Assembly (NCBI RefSeq): GCF_963921235.1 | Contig: NC_086108.1 | Location: 104,658,001 to 104,722,000 of the forward strand | Length of the DNA stretch: 64,000 nucleotides | Direction: 5' to 3' | Source of the DNA: Mobula hypostoma | Taxonomy: Eukaryota | Position numbers and translations under genes: made by a program | Shown: piece after piece, positions 61,178 through 64,000 of the stretch | Layout of the letters: each line of letters begins with the position of its first letter | How positions within the stretch are numbered: position 1 is the stretch's first letter | The notes under the pieces: generated by a model | What the model saw: the letters and a program-made list of their open reading frames with translations, nothing else | Databases searched by the model: none | Told to the model about the DNA's origin: nothing

Positions 61178-61190
61178 CTTAATAAGTATA

Positions 61191-62781
61191 AACTTTTTTT
61201 GGGTTTCCAGCCGGGTACAGGTATTGATTATAACTGATGTTTTAATGACAAACTCTGCATCTTCCTCAGGAATGATGCCTAGGTGTGTCTAGTCCAGGGG
61301 TATTATACTCCTGTAGTCCATCCCTTCTGATTGGTTAGTCACCATCCAATCACTTTTCCGTTCTGACTTGGATCGAGACCTTCATCTTTGTTAAATTTAT
61401 TTTTGTCTAGTTTTATTTCAATTGTTTCCTTTACCAGATGGTCCCAAGAAACGTTGGCATGGCACAGTAGTTTTGTGCCGTCAAGGTCAACCCTATGGTG
61501 ATTTCAATTGCAATGTTCTGCAACTGCCGACTTCGCTGGGTAACCCAAACGGATACACCTCCCGTGCTCCTTGATGCGAGTTTTCACTGTGCGTCCTGTC
61601 TGGCCGATATATGCTGCTCTGCATTCACAAGGAATTCTGTAATAGCCAGCCAACCTGAGTCCCAGGTTATCTTTGAGCTGCATAAGTGGTAATTTGAGCT
61701 TCTTTATGTGCTTGTGATGGTGTTAATCTTGTACTTCAGGATCCTGGCAATCCTTCCAGCAACCTTGGAAGTATAGGGAGGACAGATGGTAGCTATGGGT
61801 TCCTCCTTGTTCTTAAGTTTCCTGGTTTATCTGTTGCCCCTTTTAAAGGCTCGATTGCTTTCATTCAGTTTGTAACCATTCTATAGGAACATCGTGAGTA
61901 ATCGTCTTATTTCCCTGGGGATACTCTCAAGGTCCGAAATTGTTCTTGCACAGATAATCGAAGCAGAAAGAACCACTCTTCATTGGGAGATGTAATGGCA
62001 GCTGTTATTGTTGATGTATAAGTCTGTGTTGGTGTGTTTCTGATAGACACCATGTCTGAGGCTACCATCTAGTTTCCATTGTACTTGAATGTCCAGAAAC
62101 AGGAGGCAAACATTCTACTCCATCTCCATCGTAAATTGGATGTTTGGATGTATGCTGTTCAAATGGTCGTAGAACTGTTGGAGTCCATGACGCCACACTA
62201 TGAACCCCGCAGTTTATGAAGGTCCAGGATGATCTCGGACTCAGGTCAGCTGGTGTTTACAGGATTCCCTTTGAACGCAGAGCAGCGTATATCGGCCAGA
62301 CAGAACGCATGGTGGAAACCCGCATCAAGGAGCACAGGAAATGTTTCCATTTAGGCTACCCAGAGAAATTGGTGGTAGCAGAACATTGCATTCTCAATGG
62401 CCATAGGATTGTGTTCAACAGCACAAAACCACCATGCTACGCTCTGGCTTTCGGGACTGTTTGGGAAAGGAAGCCATTGAAATAAAGCTAGAGGAAAAGA
62501 ACTTTAACAAAGTCAAAGGTCACACTCTAAGTAAGAACTGGAATTCAATTGTAAACAAAGTGGGAGAATGGAAACCTGAATGGATGAGGACTAACAAATC
62601 AGGAGGGATGGACTACCGGGGGTATAAATACCAGTGGACTAGACATGCCTAGGTATGATCCCTGATGAAGATGGCAGAGTTTGTCATTGAAACATTGGTT
62701 ATAATTGATACCTGTACCCAGTTGGAAGCTCGAGAAGAGTTTATTCATCATATTCACTGAGAAAGCAAGAGATCCTTTTTT
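61191..62781. mobile_element. Penelope (Poseidon-like) fold-back, decayed
   Basis: Minus arm ~61191-62204 (FIVWRHG..HLNSIHPNIQFTME, GIY-YIG); plus arm ~62210-62781 (ORF 62216 GVYRIP..YIGQTER..RIKEH); inverted pLTR ends. Confidence 0.85.
62651..62713 (+). ncRNA. Hammerhead ribozyme-like motif (Poseidon-like pLTR)
   Basis: ctgatga (62662) - stem II gatggcaga/tttgtcatt - gaaac (62689); aggtat/atacct stem I. Confidence 0.6.
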
Positions 62782-63332
62782 GAACTGAATGCGGAGATGT
62801 AGTAATGGAGGACAAGGAAATGGCAAATGAACTGAATAAATAGTTTGCATCAGACTTCACTGTGGAAGACACCAGCAATATGGTGGAAGTTCTAGGTGTC
62901 AGGGGTCATGAAGTATGAGAAGTTACCATTACTGGAGAGAAGGTTCTTAGGAAATTGAAAGGTCTGAAGGTAGATAAGTCACCTGGACGAGATTGTGTAC
63001 ACCCCAGGGTTCTGAAAGAGGTAGCTGAAGAAATCGTGGAAGCATTAGCAATGACCTTTTAAGAATCATTAGATGCTGGAATGGTTCTGGAAGACTGGAA
63101 AATTGCAAATGTCACTCCACTCTTCAAGAAGGGAGAGAGACAAAGAAGGTAAACTATAGGCCGATTAGTCTGACCTCAGTGGCTGGGAAGATGTTGGAGC
63201 CAATTACTAAAGATGAGGTCTCAGGGAACTTGGAGGCACATGATAAACTAGGACATGATCAGCGTGTTTCCTCGTGGTAAAATCTTGTCTGACAAATCTG
63301 TTGGAATTCTTTGAAGAAATAACAAATAGGAT

Positions 63333-63895
63333 TGTTGTTCGTCCATCAATGACGTCGATGAGGACCTCGACACCATTATGATGGTGTCGAGATTAGCGCG
63401 TGATTTGGATTTAAGTGAGGGAGAGTTGCACAGCGTCAGCCTCACTCTCTCTTCCCAATTCCCATCTGGATCCAGTGGCAAGACAGAGTCTAGCCGGCTG
63501 GAGATGGGACTAGGCGCAGTGGATGTCCAGGACGTCTTCTGTGTCTTGTCCTGCTCTACACATTCCACGACGCTTGCAGAGACTGCCTTCTTGACCGTTG
63601 GACCTTCCATTGGTCTCGTCCGCTCAATCCGCCGGAGTCTGTCTTCACATGCTGGGATAGACAACTCCCTATCTCACCGAGGGTCTGAGACCCGTCAGCT
63701 ACCCTCTCCTGGTTTAGCCGGCTTGTTGAAGCCGTTGCCTGGGGTGTGGCCGCTGTCGCATGCAAACAGCTATGAGGAGCCACAGGTGAGAGCTGAGTGC
63801 CAGGTGGGGACCAAAGGTGGACTAACCGCCTTGAAAAGGACGCGACATGTTCCCCCACCAGAGGTGCTACCCCTCCCTGACACTCCATACACCCC
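63333..63895 (-). mobile_element. Full-length non-autonomous RTE-derived retroposon, 12-bp TSD
   Basis: TSD aacaaataggat 63321-63332 / 63896-63907; (caa)n 3' end; 3' hairpin ctcgacaccat-tatg-atggtgtcgag; gcaactctccctcacttaaatccaa motif recalled from RTE leaders. Confidence 0.8.
63704..63895 (-). ncRNA. HDV-like self-cleaving ribozyme fold at the element 5' end
   Basis: P1 GGGGUGU/ACACCCC, P2 CUCACCUG/CAGGAGAG, P3 GGC/GCC, L3 starting UCC, P4 CGGCUU/AAGCCG, J4/2 GCUAAAC, in canonical order. Confidence 0.75.
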
Positions 63896-64000
63896 AACAA
63901 ATAGGATAGACAAAGGAGAATGGGTTGATGTTGTGTACTTGGATTTTCAGGAGCCCTTTGACAAGGTGCCACACATGAGGCTGCTTATCAAGCTACAAGC

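Larger units (their letters stand above)
62790..64000 (+). mobile_element. CR1 ORF2 RT region, decayed, split by an RTE-derived element
   Basis: aactataggccgattagtctgacc, ttggattttcag..tttgacaaggtgccac; continues past the window end. Confidence 0.85.

Noticed and set aside
60995..62845. ~50-bp TSD around the Poseidon-like element (CR1 sequence overlapping on both sides)
   Set aside because: The two segments are too divergent; more likely two different CR1 copies.

Overview
This is eukaryotic, TE-saturated, non-genic (intergenic or deep intronic) vertebrate DNA. The repeat complement (abundant CR1 LINEs, Rex-Babar LINEs, V-domain SINEs, Neptune-type Penelope elements) suggests a cartilaginous fish; that assignment is inference. 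No host exon could be supported. One CR1 copy has an uninterrupted ~1000-aa APE+RT ORF2 (9544-12549). The window also holds an integrase-deleted Gypsy provirus, a solo LTR, Tc1- and Tigger-like DNA transposon relics, an L1/Tx1 3' end and several SINE families, often nested 3-4 deep. The strongest signal is a size series (about 120 bp to 3.1 kb) of fold-back (inverted-end) Penelope-like insertions. Most carry minimal hammerhead ribozyme motifs, each is bounded by a 12-14 bp target-site duplication, and in most the ~35-nt 3' tail is on only one arm. Separately, a non-autonomous RTE-type element begins exactly at an HDV-like ribozyme fold with an unusual hairpin in L3. Boundaries of old, decayed repeats are approximate (roughly 10-30 bp).
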